Made by a program: the position numbers and the translations under genes. Below are positions 29,321-37,790 of a DNA stretch of 64,000 nucleotides, piece by piece. The stretch covers positions 1 to 64,000 of the forward strand of contig JALNJZ010000003.1 of assembly GCA_023261845.1 (NCBI GenBank), in the 5' to 3' direction. The notes beneath the pieces were generated by a model. The model was not told the origin of the DNA. It saw only the letters and a program-made list of their open reading frames with translations, and made no database searches. Origin of the DNA: Candidatus Terraquivivens tengchongensis. Lineage in GTDB: Archaea; Thermoproteota; Nitrososphaeria_A; Caldarchaeales; Wolframiiraptoraceae. Each line of letters opens with the position of its first letter. Within the stretch, counting starts at the first letter, position 1.

Positions 29321-30373
29321 ATGGTGGTGTGTTTGATAGAATTTGAGAAGATTGAACTAGGCGTTATTAACATGTTTAGGGTCAATATGGGAGTCAAGCC
29401 AGGTGAGAAGATACTCGTGGTTACAGATTTTCCAACGGCAGAAGAATGGAAGGCAAAATCAAGCGAGAAACTTTTAGATGCACTCAGGAGGTCGCTTCTG
29501 GCTAAGATGGTGGGCGAGATTGCGATGAAGAACTTCCCTGAATGTACTGTTGAGTTTTTTGCATATCCATCAGTTGGTAAGCATGGGACTTATCCAGGAA
29601 GAGAAGTTGAGGAGAAAATGAAAGCAGCGGACGTCGTCGTTGCAATAACGACATACTCGTTAACGCATACAGATGCACGAGTAAATGCATGTAAAGCTGG
29701 TGCAAGGGTTGCAAGTATGCCGATGTTTCTGCCTGAAATGTTTTATCCTGGCGGACCAATGGCAGCAGACTACCAGAAGATTGCTGAGGAAACAAAGAAG
29801 ATTGCTAAGATGCTTACTGAGGCGAATAAAGCAAACATCAAAACAGAAACCGGTACGGATATAACGTTTAGCTTAGAAGGCAGAGAAGGGAAGGTAGATG
29901 CAGGTATATTCAGAGAGAGGGGTTCATGGGGCAACTTACCTTCAGGAGAGGCTTACATAGCTCCACTAGAGGGGACGGCTAATGGCAAGGTCGTCGTTGA
30001 AGCAGGATGGTACCCAGACCTAAAAGAGAATATGGTTTTAACTTTTAAGAATGGTTATGTGGTCGAGATTTCTGGCGGTGGTGAAGTTGGTAATAGGTTC
30101 AGGAGTCTTCTGGCCTTAGAAAAGACTGAACAACCTTACATCTCAAGAAGAAATTTAGCAGAGCTTGGTGTAGGAACAAACCCGTACGCAAGGCGCCCGG
30201 ACAATGTGTTGGAGGCAGAGAAGATAAGGGGCACGGTACATATCGCAATTGGCGATAACTCACATATGGGTGGAAAAGCTGAATCCGATATACATGAAGA
30301 CTTCATAATACCGCGCCCGACATTGACATTAGACGGCAAAGTTGTGATGAAAAACGGAGAGTTATTGATTTAA
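29321..30373 (+). CDS. M29 family (aminopeptidase T-like) metallopeptidase
   Basis: GNLPSGEAYIAP, LAELGVGTN, LEAEKIRGTVHIAIG and IHEDFI. Confidence 0.87.
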   Translation: MVVCLIEFEKIELGVINMFRVNMGVKPGEKILVVTDFPTAEEWKAKSSEKLLDALRRSLLAKMVGEIAMKNFPECTVEFFAYPSVGKHGTYPGREVEEKMKAADVVVAITTYSLTHTDARVNACKAGARVASMPMFLPEMFYPGGPMAADYQKIAEETKKIAKMLTEANKANIKTETGTDITFSLEGREGKVDAGIFRERGSWGNLPSGEAYIAPLEGTANGKVVVEAGWYPDLKENMVLTFKNGYVVEISGGGEVGNRFRSLLALEKTEQPYISRRNLAELGVGTNPYARRPDNVLEAEKIRGTVHIAIGDNSHMGGKAESDIHEDFIIPRPTLTLDGKVVMKNGELLI

Positions 30374-30387
30374 AAACTAAAACTTTT

Positions 30388-30654
30388 TCAAACCTCCAAA
30401 ACTTCACCATTTCTTTTATGCGTGTGAAGAACGATAGACGACGTGATTGCTTTTACTCCCTCTATTTTTAATAAGTTTGTTTTTAAAATTTCTCTAAATT
30501 TTGAGATGGATTCTACCGTCATTATTGCTATCACATCATATTCTCCACTAACTTCAAATACGTCAGTAACATCATGTATGCTATTCAGCAATTTACAAAC
30601 ATTGTCAAGCTTGTTAGACTCCACGTAGATATGAAGGATTACAGTGATTGTCAT
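30388..30654 (-). CDS. Stand-alone Lrp/AsnC ligand-binding (RAM) domain
   Basis: VFEVSGEYDVIA and KIEGVKAITSSIV; no HTH. Confidence 0.85.
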   Translation of the reverse strand: MTITVILHIYVESNKLDNVCKLLNSIHDVTDVFEVSGEYDVIAIMTVESISKFREILKTNLLKIEGVKAITSSIVLHTHKRNGEVLEV

Positions 30655-30753
30655 TTCTAATCAAAATCGTGTTGTAATGATTGTGCTTATTAATGTTACC
30701 TTAATATCCTTATATCTACCTTCAATTCTTATCAGCTCTTAGATTATCCGGAT

Positions 30754-32646
30754 TTGTCACGAGAAAGAAGCAAAGCTGTTACGCTAAAAAGGGACATCGG
30801 TTGGCTCGGCTCGTTTGCTATTGGTTATGGAGATGTAGGTGCAGATATATTCTTAGCTTTGGGCGTAGTATTCCTTTATGCAGCAGGAGCTGCACCATTT
30901 GCCTTCATGATTGCCGCACTAGTATACGTTCTTATTGGGCTGACGTATGCGGAGTTAAGTTCAGTCTATCCCTATGCAGGAGGGAGTCAGGTTTTTGCTC
31001 TCAAAGGGTTTAACAGCTTGCTCGGGTTTATAGCAGGTTGGGCACTAATACTGGATTATTTGATATGTGTATCGTTATTCTCTCTTGCGGCCGCTGGATA
31101 TCTTAAATTCATTTTACCCGAACTCTTTACGTTAACTCTAGATGGTCCATTTAATTTGAAAATATCCCAGCTGGGTTTAATTGCAGCACTGCTTGTACTG
31201 TCCCTTTTATTTATCAACTACATTGGTATAAAATATTCTGCTAACTTCGTAACCGCGTTAGTCGTGTTCGGCCTGATAGTTGAGGCAGTCATACTATTGT
31301 TAGGTTTTGCATTAACATTCAACATAGAAACTCTGTCGTACCAATTGAATGTTTTTGGAAATCATAAAGCCTTACCAGAGGTAGAATATTTCTTCCCAGA
31401 CTCTATACAGTTCAATAATTTTATTTACGGCATCACAGTGGCAATGGCTAGCTTTATTGGGATAGAATCAATATCACAAGCAGCAGAGGAAACAAGAAAA
31501 CCATACAAATGGATACCAAGAGCTGCCAAACTCACAATATTAGCAGTTATGTTATCCGTTCTTTTGTTCGCATTTTTGGCGACTGGCAGCGTAAGCTGGG
31601 AAACGATGGCGACATCTTATGAAAACTCCGTTGCAATTTTAACTTCAAAACTTCCAGTTATAGGCCCGTTTTTCTCACCAATAGTCGCCATAACTGCCTT
31701 CATTCTCTGCTATGCCTCTGCCAATACAGGCGTTATAGGTATCTCGAGGCTTACGGCTAGTATGGGCAAATTTAGACTCATGCCTAGATGGTTCTATCAT
31801 ATACATCCGGTATTTAGAACGCCCACGAGGACTTTACTCATTTTCGGAGGTATAGGGGTACTGATAGCGTTGATAGGGGACATACCTTTCGTGGTCAGCC
31901 TGTACAACTTCGGCGGGCTTTTAAGCTATACGATTTTGATGGCCAGCTTTATCAGGCTTCGAATAGTTGACCACGAGGTTTACCGTCCTTGGAAAGCGCC
32001 CTTAAACGTCGGTCTCAAATTTAAGAACAGGGTTGTTGAATTGCCTTTAATAGGGCTGGTAGGACTGCCTGCTACATTTCTTTTATGGTTGCTCGTAATA
32101 ATCTTACATCCACATGGGAGGTTATTTGGTTTCCTTTGGATCGCGATAGGGTTGGCATTATATACATTCTACCGCAAATCTCACAAACTTCCGTTGATAA
32201 GCGAAGAGGAAGGCTCATGGGTAGTACCATCATCTTACGTCATGGAGATAACGGTCTTGGTAGACCCGATGGATGACTATGATGTTATCAAAAAGGCGAT
32301 ACTGCACTCGTACGACAAGAGGTACAAACTAAGACTCTTAAGTGTTATAAATCATATTGTAGAAAAAGAACAACATCTGAAGGAATTACAGATATCTGTG
32401 CTAAGCGACCTTGAAAAATTGGCGATAGAGTTCAGAAAAGAAGGGTACGATGTAACTTATGACGTCTTTTTAGGCAACCTCGATGAGGCGATCAAGCGAG
32501 AGATCTCTGTCTTTAATGTAGAGTTCATAACATATGTAAAACATTCCATTAAAGAAACGTTAACGGGTAAGCATCGTGAAGAAATCATAAACAAGCTATT
32601 ACAAGAATATCCTGGATGGTTCATAATATTAAGAAGAGTGGAATGA
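30754..32646 (+). CDS. APC-family amino acid permease with C-terminal USP-like domain
   Basis: YAELSSVYPYAGG, GIESISQAAEE, HPVFRTP and YRPWKAP; soluble alpha/beta tail. Confidence 0.85.
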   Translation: MSRERSKAVTLKRDIGWLGSFAIGYGDVGADIFLALGVVFLYAAGAAPFAFMIAALVYVLIGLTYAELSSVYPYAGGSQVFALKGFNSLLGFIAGWALILDYLICVSLFSLAAAGYLKFILPELFTLTLDGPFNLKISQLGLIAALLVLSLLFINYIGIKYSANFVTALVVFGLIVEAVILLLGFALTFNIETLSYQLNVFGNHKALPEVEYFFPDSIQFNNFIYGITVAMASFIGIESISQAAEETRKPYKWIPRAAKLTILAVMLSVLLFAFLATGSVSWETMATSYENSVAILTSKLPVIGPFFSPIVAITAFILCYASANTGVIGISRLTASMGKFRLMPRWFYHIHPVFRTPTRTLLIFGGIGVLIALIGDIPFVVSLYNFGGLLSYTILMASFIRLRIVDHEVYRPWKAPLNVGLKFKNRVVELPLIGLVGLPATFLLWLLVIILHPHGRLFGFLWIAIGLALYTFYRKSHKLPLISEEEGSWVVPSSYVMEITVLVDPMDDYDVIKKAILHSYDKRYKLRLLSVINHIVEKEQHLKELQISVLSDLEKLAIEFRKEGYDVTYDVFLGNLDEAIKREISVFNVEFITYVKHSIKETLTGKHREEIINKLLQEYPGWFIILRRVE

Positions 32647-32654
32647 TCGTGCAA

Positions 32655-33116
32655 TCAAGCCCAAAGCGTGGGAACTTCCCTAATAACCCGAAGCAAAGCA
32701 GCAAAGAGTATTAATGATTTAGCAGTGAACGTAGGGTTAGAGTATATCTTTCCTAAGGGTTTTACCTTAACTAACCTGCTTACGAAAGCTGTTCCGGGAT
32801 TCAGCTCTCCAGAAAAGATCTTCCTTGCAACCTCGTACGTGCTCTCCACAATGTAGTCAGGATTGACACCGTCGGGTATGTCTTTAGTAACAACAAAACG
32901 TTTGGTGACGCCCTTATCCAGCTCCACATAAATTGTTAGGCTTTTACCAAATATCCTCCTAAGCATATCCGGCAAATCCTTTATCACATACGCCACATTA
33001 AGGCTAAAACCTGACGCTAAGGACATGATTTCTGGGTTAGTTGACTTTGCCTTTTCGATTGCTGTGACGGCTTTACGAACCCAGCCCTCCGATAAGAAGT
33101 ACTCCGCCGCTGACAT
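32655..33116 (-). CDS. SCP2 (sterol-carrier-like) lipid-binding domain protein
   Basis: FLSEGW...PDYIVESTYEVARKIFSGELNPGTAFVSRLVKV. Confidence 0.7.
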   Translation of the reverse strand: MSAAEYFLSEGWVRKAVTAIEKAKSTNPEIMSLASGFSLNVAYVIKDLPDMLRRIFGKSLTIYVELDKGVTKRFVVTKDIPDGVNPDYIVESTYEVARKIFSGELNPGTAFVSRLVKVKPLGKIYSNPTFTAKSLILFAALLRVIREVPTLWA

Positions 33117-33144
33117 CGTAAATATAGATGAATTTTTTCTTTTT

Positions 33145-33167
33145 TAAATGTAACGGCGTTACGTTTA
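33145..33167. promoter_or_regulatory. Palindromic operator-like site between the divergent SCP2 and hemerythrin promoters
   Basis: TAAATGTAACG-G-CGTTACGTTTA (one mismatch), overlapping the edges of the TATA-like TTTTTAAA and TTTATATA. Confidence 0.55.
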
Positions 33168-33189
33168 TATATTTGTTTTAGTTAATTTT

Positions 33190-33693
33190 TTGGACATGAA
33201 CGAAGAATTAGACCCTATTAGAGAGTTAAGGGAGGACCATAAAAAAGTCAAGGATTATCTATTAGAGCTGATCGATGCACTTAACAAAAAAGACGCTCAA
33301 AGGTCTCTCGAAATTCTGATATTGCTCGATAAGCTCGGAGGACCACACTTCAGGTTCGAGGAGGAAACCTTGTACCCAACGTTAAAGAAGTTCTTCGGAG
33401 AAGAATACTATCGATACCTGCTGAAGGCTCATGACAGGGTTATCACTGCGGCTAAAAAAATTGCCGAAGTCTTGGGCAAAGGGGCTATTACAGAAGATGA
33501 GGTAAGGATGCTAATAAGTATAGTTAGATCAGAAGTCTTGCCACACCCTATAGAGTGTGAGGGCTTAGCGTTGTTGATGGATAGGTTATCAAAAGAAGAA
33601 ATTAGGGCTATCGCGAAAAGTATTGAACGAAGCAGGAACGAGAATGTCCCTCTACTTGAGTGGGCCGAGACTATTAGAGTCAAAAAGGTATAA
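33190..33693 (+). CDS. Hemerythrin-like domain protein
   Basis: EDH...HFRFEEETLYP...AH...HPIECE spacing of His/Glu ligands. Confidence 0.8.
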   Translation: MDMNEELDPIRELREDHKKVKDYLLELIDALNKKDAQRSLEILILLDKLGGPHFRFEEETLYPTLKKFFGEEYYRYLLKAHDRVITAAKKIAEVLGKGAITEDEVRMLISIVRSEVLPHPIECEGLALLMDRLSKEEIRAIAKSIERSRNENVPLLEWAETIRVKKV

Positions 33694-33698
33694 CTAAA

Positions 33699-34103
33699 AT
33701 GAAAAAGATAGCACTGATAGTGAACACGGCATCCTTTGAGAGGGTTGCTTATGCACTTTCTTTTGCAGTAGTGGCGGCGGCATACGGTACCGAAGTATTT
33801 GTACTCTTTGGGTTTGAAGGTTTGTATAGGCTGATTAAAAGAAAGACTGATGTGCTAGGTGATGAAACGAATCCTTTCATAAGAAACGAAATAGAATCGG
33901 GTTTGAAAAAAGGTAGTATGATGCAAATATCCGAGCTTATAAAGAACCTAAAGAATCTTGGAGGAAAGATATATGCTTGCACCTCCGCCATGGCCTTACA
34001 TAATGTGACGAAAGACGAACTTATAGAAGAGGTTGACGGTGTGCTGGGTTTAGCTGCGTTTCTTGAATTAATAGATGATCCCTCAACGATTATTTACGTT
34101 TAA
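33699..34103 (+). CDS. DsrE/DsrF-like sulfur relay protein
   Basis: EVFVLFGFEGL, KIYACTSAM and GLAAFL. Confidence 0.85.
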   Translation: MKKIALIVNTASFERVAYALSFAVVAAAYGTEVFVLFGFEGLYRLIKRKTDVLGDETNPFIRNEIESGLKKGSMMQISELIKNLKNLGGKIYACTSAMALHNVTKDELIEEVDGVLGLAAFLELIDDPSTIIYV

Positions 34104-34447
34104 TCTTCTTTTTTATTTTTTGGCTTTTCAGATCCAGAAGAATGCTCTAGTATTCTGCATATTTCGCAGACCATGTTGTCCACGGATTCTTTTGTAGCCC
34201 CATTTTTAATAATGGCACTAACCGTTCGACTTATTAACTCACGAACAGCGGGATGCGTTCTCAACCGTCTTATCATTTTAGAGCCACGCTTTGCAGATAA
34301 GTACTGGCTTATCGCTGGTCTCGTGGTACCGATAATCTTTGCCACCTCTGTCTGAGATAGCGCATATTTCTCAATAAGCTCTTTAGCTATAAGTGCACGC
34401 ACGGATGGCATTATTTCGAGGACAAATTTTTCGCATGGCGACCTCAA
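34100..34447 (-). CDS. XRE-type HTH regulator with Cys residues (COG2522-like)
   Basis: PCE..MPSVRALIAKEL..LSQTEVAKIIGTTRPAISQYLSAKRG..CEIC. Confidence 0.82.
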   Translation of the reverse strand: MRSPCEKFVLEIMPSVRALIAKELIEKYALSQTEVAKIIGTTRPAISQYLSAKRGSKMIRRLRTHPAVRELISRTVSAIIKNGATKESVDNMVCEICRILEHSSGSEKPKNKKED

Positions 34448-34493
34448 TTCGAAACCTCAATATAAATTAATGAATCATAGGTTAAATATAAAT

Positions 34494-35576
34494 TTACTTA
34501 CTAACTGGGGGAACGGCAAATTTCTCGACCAATTCATCGTAAAGTTCCAAAACCGTCCCTTCATCGTAAATTCCGGAGCTTGGTCCGACTTGGACTACAG
34601 TAACTCCACCTTTCAGGAACGTTATCGTGACATCCTTTCTATACTCGAATGTTATTCCTAACTTTGTCCTATTCTTTGGATGTATGTTGTGTTGGGCAAG
34701 CAGACGATCAATAGAATCCAATGCAATCTCCGAAGTGGTTGTTACCATGAATACGCCCTTACCATCCCTCCCACATACTCCGCTCACAACTTTCTCTTCA
34801 AGCGGTCTTAAGGCAACCCTGCCGCTTCCGCATACGGGACAATCAGGTATCTTAGCAATTTTGACAAAATCAAATGACAGTTTGTTAAGGTCAATGTAGA
34901 GTAGGCGATTCTTTAACAGTGGGTCCTTGTTCAGCAAAACCCTTACCGCCTCCGACAACTGTACACCAGATACGACATCTAGCAACGGAGGTAAGACGCC
35001 GACTATGGCACACTTAGGCAGCTCTTCATCTTGAAGACCAGAATAAAAGCACTCAAGACAAGCCGTTTCATTAGGTAAGATTGTGGAAACCACTCCGGTG
35101 GTTTCTATTGCAGCAGCAAATATGTATGGTATCTTAAGCTTCACAATTGCTCTATTTATCACGTACCTTGTCTTAATGTTGTCGAGACCATCGATTACTA
35201 TGTCAACATCTTCTAACAACCTTTCAACGTTTTTTGAGGAGATGCTAGTTGCAACGGCATCAACTTTTACGTTGGGATTCAAAGAATTTATCCTCTCCTC
35301 TAAGACCTCGACTTTTGGCACACCAACGAAATTTTCCCCATAAAACCTTTGCCTGTGCAAATCCGACAAAGATACTACATCCCTATCCACTATTCGGATA
35401 TAACCTACACCCATGGCCGCCAGTGTGATGGCAGCAGGTGAACCCAGCCCCCCGGCTCCCATTATACAAACTCTGCTGGACTTCAGCTTAGTCTGACCAG
35501 TGTAGTCGATATAGTCGAGTACGAGTTGTCTCGAGTACCTCTCCAACTCTCTATCGGTAAGCTCCTCCATTTTCAT
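34494..35576 (-). CDS. ThiF/MoeB E1-like adenylyltransferase with C-terminal extension
   Basis: RYSRQ, GAGGLGS, VDRDVV..SDLHRQ, CLEC, PKCA and CPVCG; start placed at ATG 35576 to avoid overlap with tusA. Confidence 0.9.
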   Translation of the reverse strand: MKMEELTDRELERYSRQLVLDYIDYTGQTKLKSSRVCIMGAGGLGSPAAITLAAMGVGYIRIVDRDVVSLSDLHRQRFYGENFVGVPKVEVLEERINSLNPNVKVDAVATSISSKNVERLLEDVDIVIDGLDNIKTRYVINRAIVKLKIPYIFAAAIETTGVVSTILPNETACLECFYSGLQDEELPKCAIVGVLPPLLDVVSGVQLSEAVRVLLNKDPLLKNRLLYIDLNKLSFDFVKIAKIPDCPVCGSGRVALRPLEEKVVSGVCGRDGKGVFMVTTTSEIALDSIDRLLAQHNIHPKNRTKLGITFEYRKDVTITFLKGGVTVVQVGPSSGIYDEGTVLELYDELVEKFAVPPVSK

Positions 35577-35584
35577 AGTAATGA

Positions 35585-35607
35585 TAACAACGTTAACTAT
35601 ATATAAA
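35585..35607. promoter_or_regulatory. Compact divergent promoter with shared TATA box and TAAC-N3-GTTA motif
   Basis: TATATATAAA (35598-607) lies about 22 nt from both the E1 start (35576) and the tusA start (35629); TAACAACGTTA at 35585-95. Confidence 0.55.
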
Positions 35608-35628
35608 GGCGTTGCTAATTTAACAGTA

Positions 35629-35877
35629 ATGACTTTAAAACAGTATGTAGTTGTGGATGCTCGTTTTAAGTCCTGTCCCGGTCCCTTGATAAGTCTTATC
35701 GAAGCTATCAAGAAAGCCGAATCGGGTCAAGTAATAAAATTGCTTACAACCGATCCAGCATCACCCATGGACGTTAAAGAGTGGATTAAGACTAAGAAGC
35801 ATAGGTTATTAGAAGTGAAGGAAAAAGATAACACCTACGAGATATACATAGAAGTAGTGAGTGGTGACTTTGGCTAG
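35629..35877 (+). CDS. tusA: TusA/SirA-family sulfurtransferase
   Basis: VDARFKSCPGP (CPxP) and TTDPASPMDV. Confidence 0.9.
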   Translation: MTLKQYVVVDARFKSCPGPLISLIEAIKKAESGQVIKLLTTDPASPMDVKEWIKTKKHRLLEVKEKDNTYEIYIEVVSGDFG

Positions 35878-37114
35878 CGATGTGCGTGTAGGTATAAGGG
35901 AACTATTAGAGACGCACGGGAAACCTGTTAAAGAAGTATACTTAGATTCTGAAAATTCAGGCATGATCTTCCCTGAAGCCTTGAATTTGATGATTGATGC
36001 GTACAAGGAGTATTTTGCGGGTCATCCGTCCATCACCCACAGGCGTGGTTGGGAATCCTATGAGATGCTCTATAGAGCATCCTCAATAATAGCCAAGTTT
36101 ATAAACTGTAAACCTGATGAGTTAGTTTTTACGCATAATGGTACTGAGGCAAACAACTTAGCGATCCTTGGGCTAAACAAAGAGAATGAAAGAAGAAAGA
36201 TAATCATTTCAGCGATAGAGCACTTAAGTGTGGTCTTTCCTGCGGAACAACTCCAGAAGCACGGTTACAAAGTAATCAAGGTGCCGGTTGACCGAGAAGG
36301 TTTCATGAATTTAGACTTTTTGATGAATAATGTGGACAAGGATACGCTACTGGTAAGTGTTGGAGCTGTAAACCACGAGATAGGGACCATACAAGATTTG
36401 AGGGCAATAGTGGAATTAGTTAAGGATAAGGATGAAAACATAATGGTCCATACGGATGCTTGCGATGCTCTTGGAAGGGTGAGCTTAGACGTTAAGAAAC
36501 TAAATGTTGATCTAGCATCGTTCAGCAGCCACAAGGTATGCGGTCCTAAGGGTGCTGGGGCGCTGTACATAAGAGAGGGGGTTAAGTTGGAACCAATAAT
36601 ATATGGTCAGTTGAGTACACAGAAATTATGGCCGGGGTTGGAAAACGTACCTGCCATAGCTGGTTTTGGGAAAGCTGTTGAATTGTTTGCCTTAAACTTT
36701 GATTCGTACGTAAATCATATGACTAAGCTTAGGGACTCACTCATTCAAGGCATTCTGTCACGTGTTGAGTATGTCCTTCTAAACGGCCCCTCAGGAAATA
36801 AACGCTCGCCCGACAATGTTAACATAAGCGTGTTATATTGCGAGGGCGAGGCGCTGAGTGTGGAGCTCAGCCTTAAGGGCATTTACGTATCCAGCGGAAG
36901 TGCGTGTACCAGTCGCATTTTACAACCCAGCCACGTATTGCTCGCAATAAAGAGAGAGTTCCATGAGGCACATGGAAGCATTTTGATGAAGGTAACTCCC
37001 CTTCATTCTTATGAAGACGTGCAGTATGTGGTTGAAAACATCCCCCAGGTAGTACAAAGGTTAAGGTCAATAAGTCCTTTAAAACCTAAAGAAGGTGGCG
37101 AATATGTCGGATAG
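35861..37114 (+). CDS. iscS: Cysteine desulfurase (IscS/NifS type)
   Basis: GTEANN, IEHLSV, SSHKVCGPKG and SSGSACTS. Confidence 0.93.
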   Translation: MVTLASDVRVGIRELLETHGKPVKEVYLDSENSGMIFPEALNLMIDAYKEYFAGHPSITHRRGWESYEMLYRASSIIAKFINCKPDELVFTHNGTEANNLAILGLNKENERRKIIISAIEHLSVVFPAEQLQKHGYKVIKVPVDREGFMNLDFLMNNVDKDTLLVSVGAVNHEIGTIQDLRAIVELVKDKDENIMVHTDACDALGRVSLDVKKLNVDLASFSSHKVCGPKGAGALYIREGVKLEPIIYGQLSTQKLWPGLENVPAIAGFGKAVELFALNFDSYVNHMTKLRDSLIQGILSRVEYVLLNGPSGNKRSPDNVNISVLYCEGEALSVELSLKGIYVSSGSACTSRILQPSHVLLAIKREFHEAHGSILMKVTPLHSYEDVQYVVENIPQVVQRLRSISPLKPKEGGEYVG

Positions 37115-37616
37115 AATACCCCTTCCCTATACACCAAAAGTTCTTGAACTCTTCAAAAACCCGAAAAATTTAGGAAAGATGCCGGATGCAAACGCCTCCG
37201 CTGTAGCGGGAAGTCTTGCATGTGGTGACATGATTGCCATATACCTTAAGATAGATGACGAAACGCAAACGATACTCAACGCTACCTTCGAAAGCTATGG
37301 GTGCGCAGCCAACATAGCTGCATCGAGTATATTAACGGAGATGCTTAAGGGTAAAAAATTGGAGGACGCGTGGAAAATCTCCTGGAAGGATGTATCGAAC
37401 GAGCTCGGAGGGCTACCTGCCGTTAAGTATCACTGCGGCGTGATGGCTGTGGGTGCCTTCAGAAGGGCGGTCAGGGAATATTTCAAGAACAAGAAAAAGC
37501 CGGAGTGGATTCCTGAGGAGTTAACAGCGGAAGAGAGGCATGTCGTTGAGGAGGAGAAGCTTGTAGAGATACTCTCCAAAAGAATGTCGTCCGGCTCATT
37601 ACCGCCAACTTGCTAA
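37104..37616 (+). CDS. iscU: Fe-S scaffold protein IscU/NifU-N
   Basis: NPKNLG, ACGD, YGCAANIA and KYHC. Confidence 0.92.
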   Translation: MSDRIPLPYTPKVLELFKNPKNLGKMPDANASAVAGSLACGDMIAIYLKIDDETQTILNATFESYGCAANIAASSILTEMLKGKKLEDAWKISWKDVSNELGGLPAVKYHCGVMAVGAFRRAVREYFKNKKKPEWIPEELTAEERHVVEEEKLVEILSKRMSSGSLPPTC

Positions 37617-37643
37617 AACTCATTCAGGTTATTTAACAAATAT

Positions 37644-37741
37644 TGGCGCCGCGGGTCGGATTCGAACCGACGACCAACGGGTTAACAGCTTCAGCCCCCT
37701 TCTGCGAGGTCCGCTGCTCTACCGAGCTGAGCTACCGCGGC
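37644..37741 (-). tRNA. tRNA-Asn(GTT) with 21-nt intron (37690-37710) at non-canonical position 30/31; CCA encoded
   Basis: GCCGCGG/CCGCGGC-G-CCA; removing ACCTCGCAGAAGGGGGCTGAA restores GCGGG-CTGTTAA-CCCGT; bulge-helix-bulge with central CAGC/GCTG. Confidence 0.93.
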
Positions 37742-37790
37742 TTGATTGTTAGCTTATTATTAGGACGCTTTAAATTTTTAGTTAAATTTA

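Noticed and set aside
21380-30760. attL/attR duplication of tRNA 3' ends bounding the island
   Set aside because: No repeat of the tRNA-Ala or tRNA-Glu 3' end found by eye, so no intact integrative element is claimed.
35577-35711. N-terminal extension of the E1 ORF overlapping tusA
   Set aside because: Homology starts at MEELTD..RYSRQ; the extension spans the promoter and antisense tusA.
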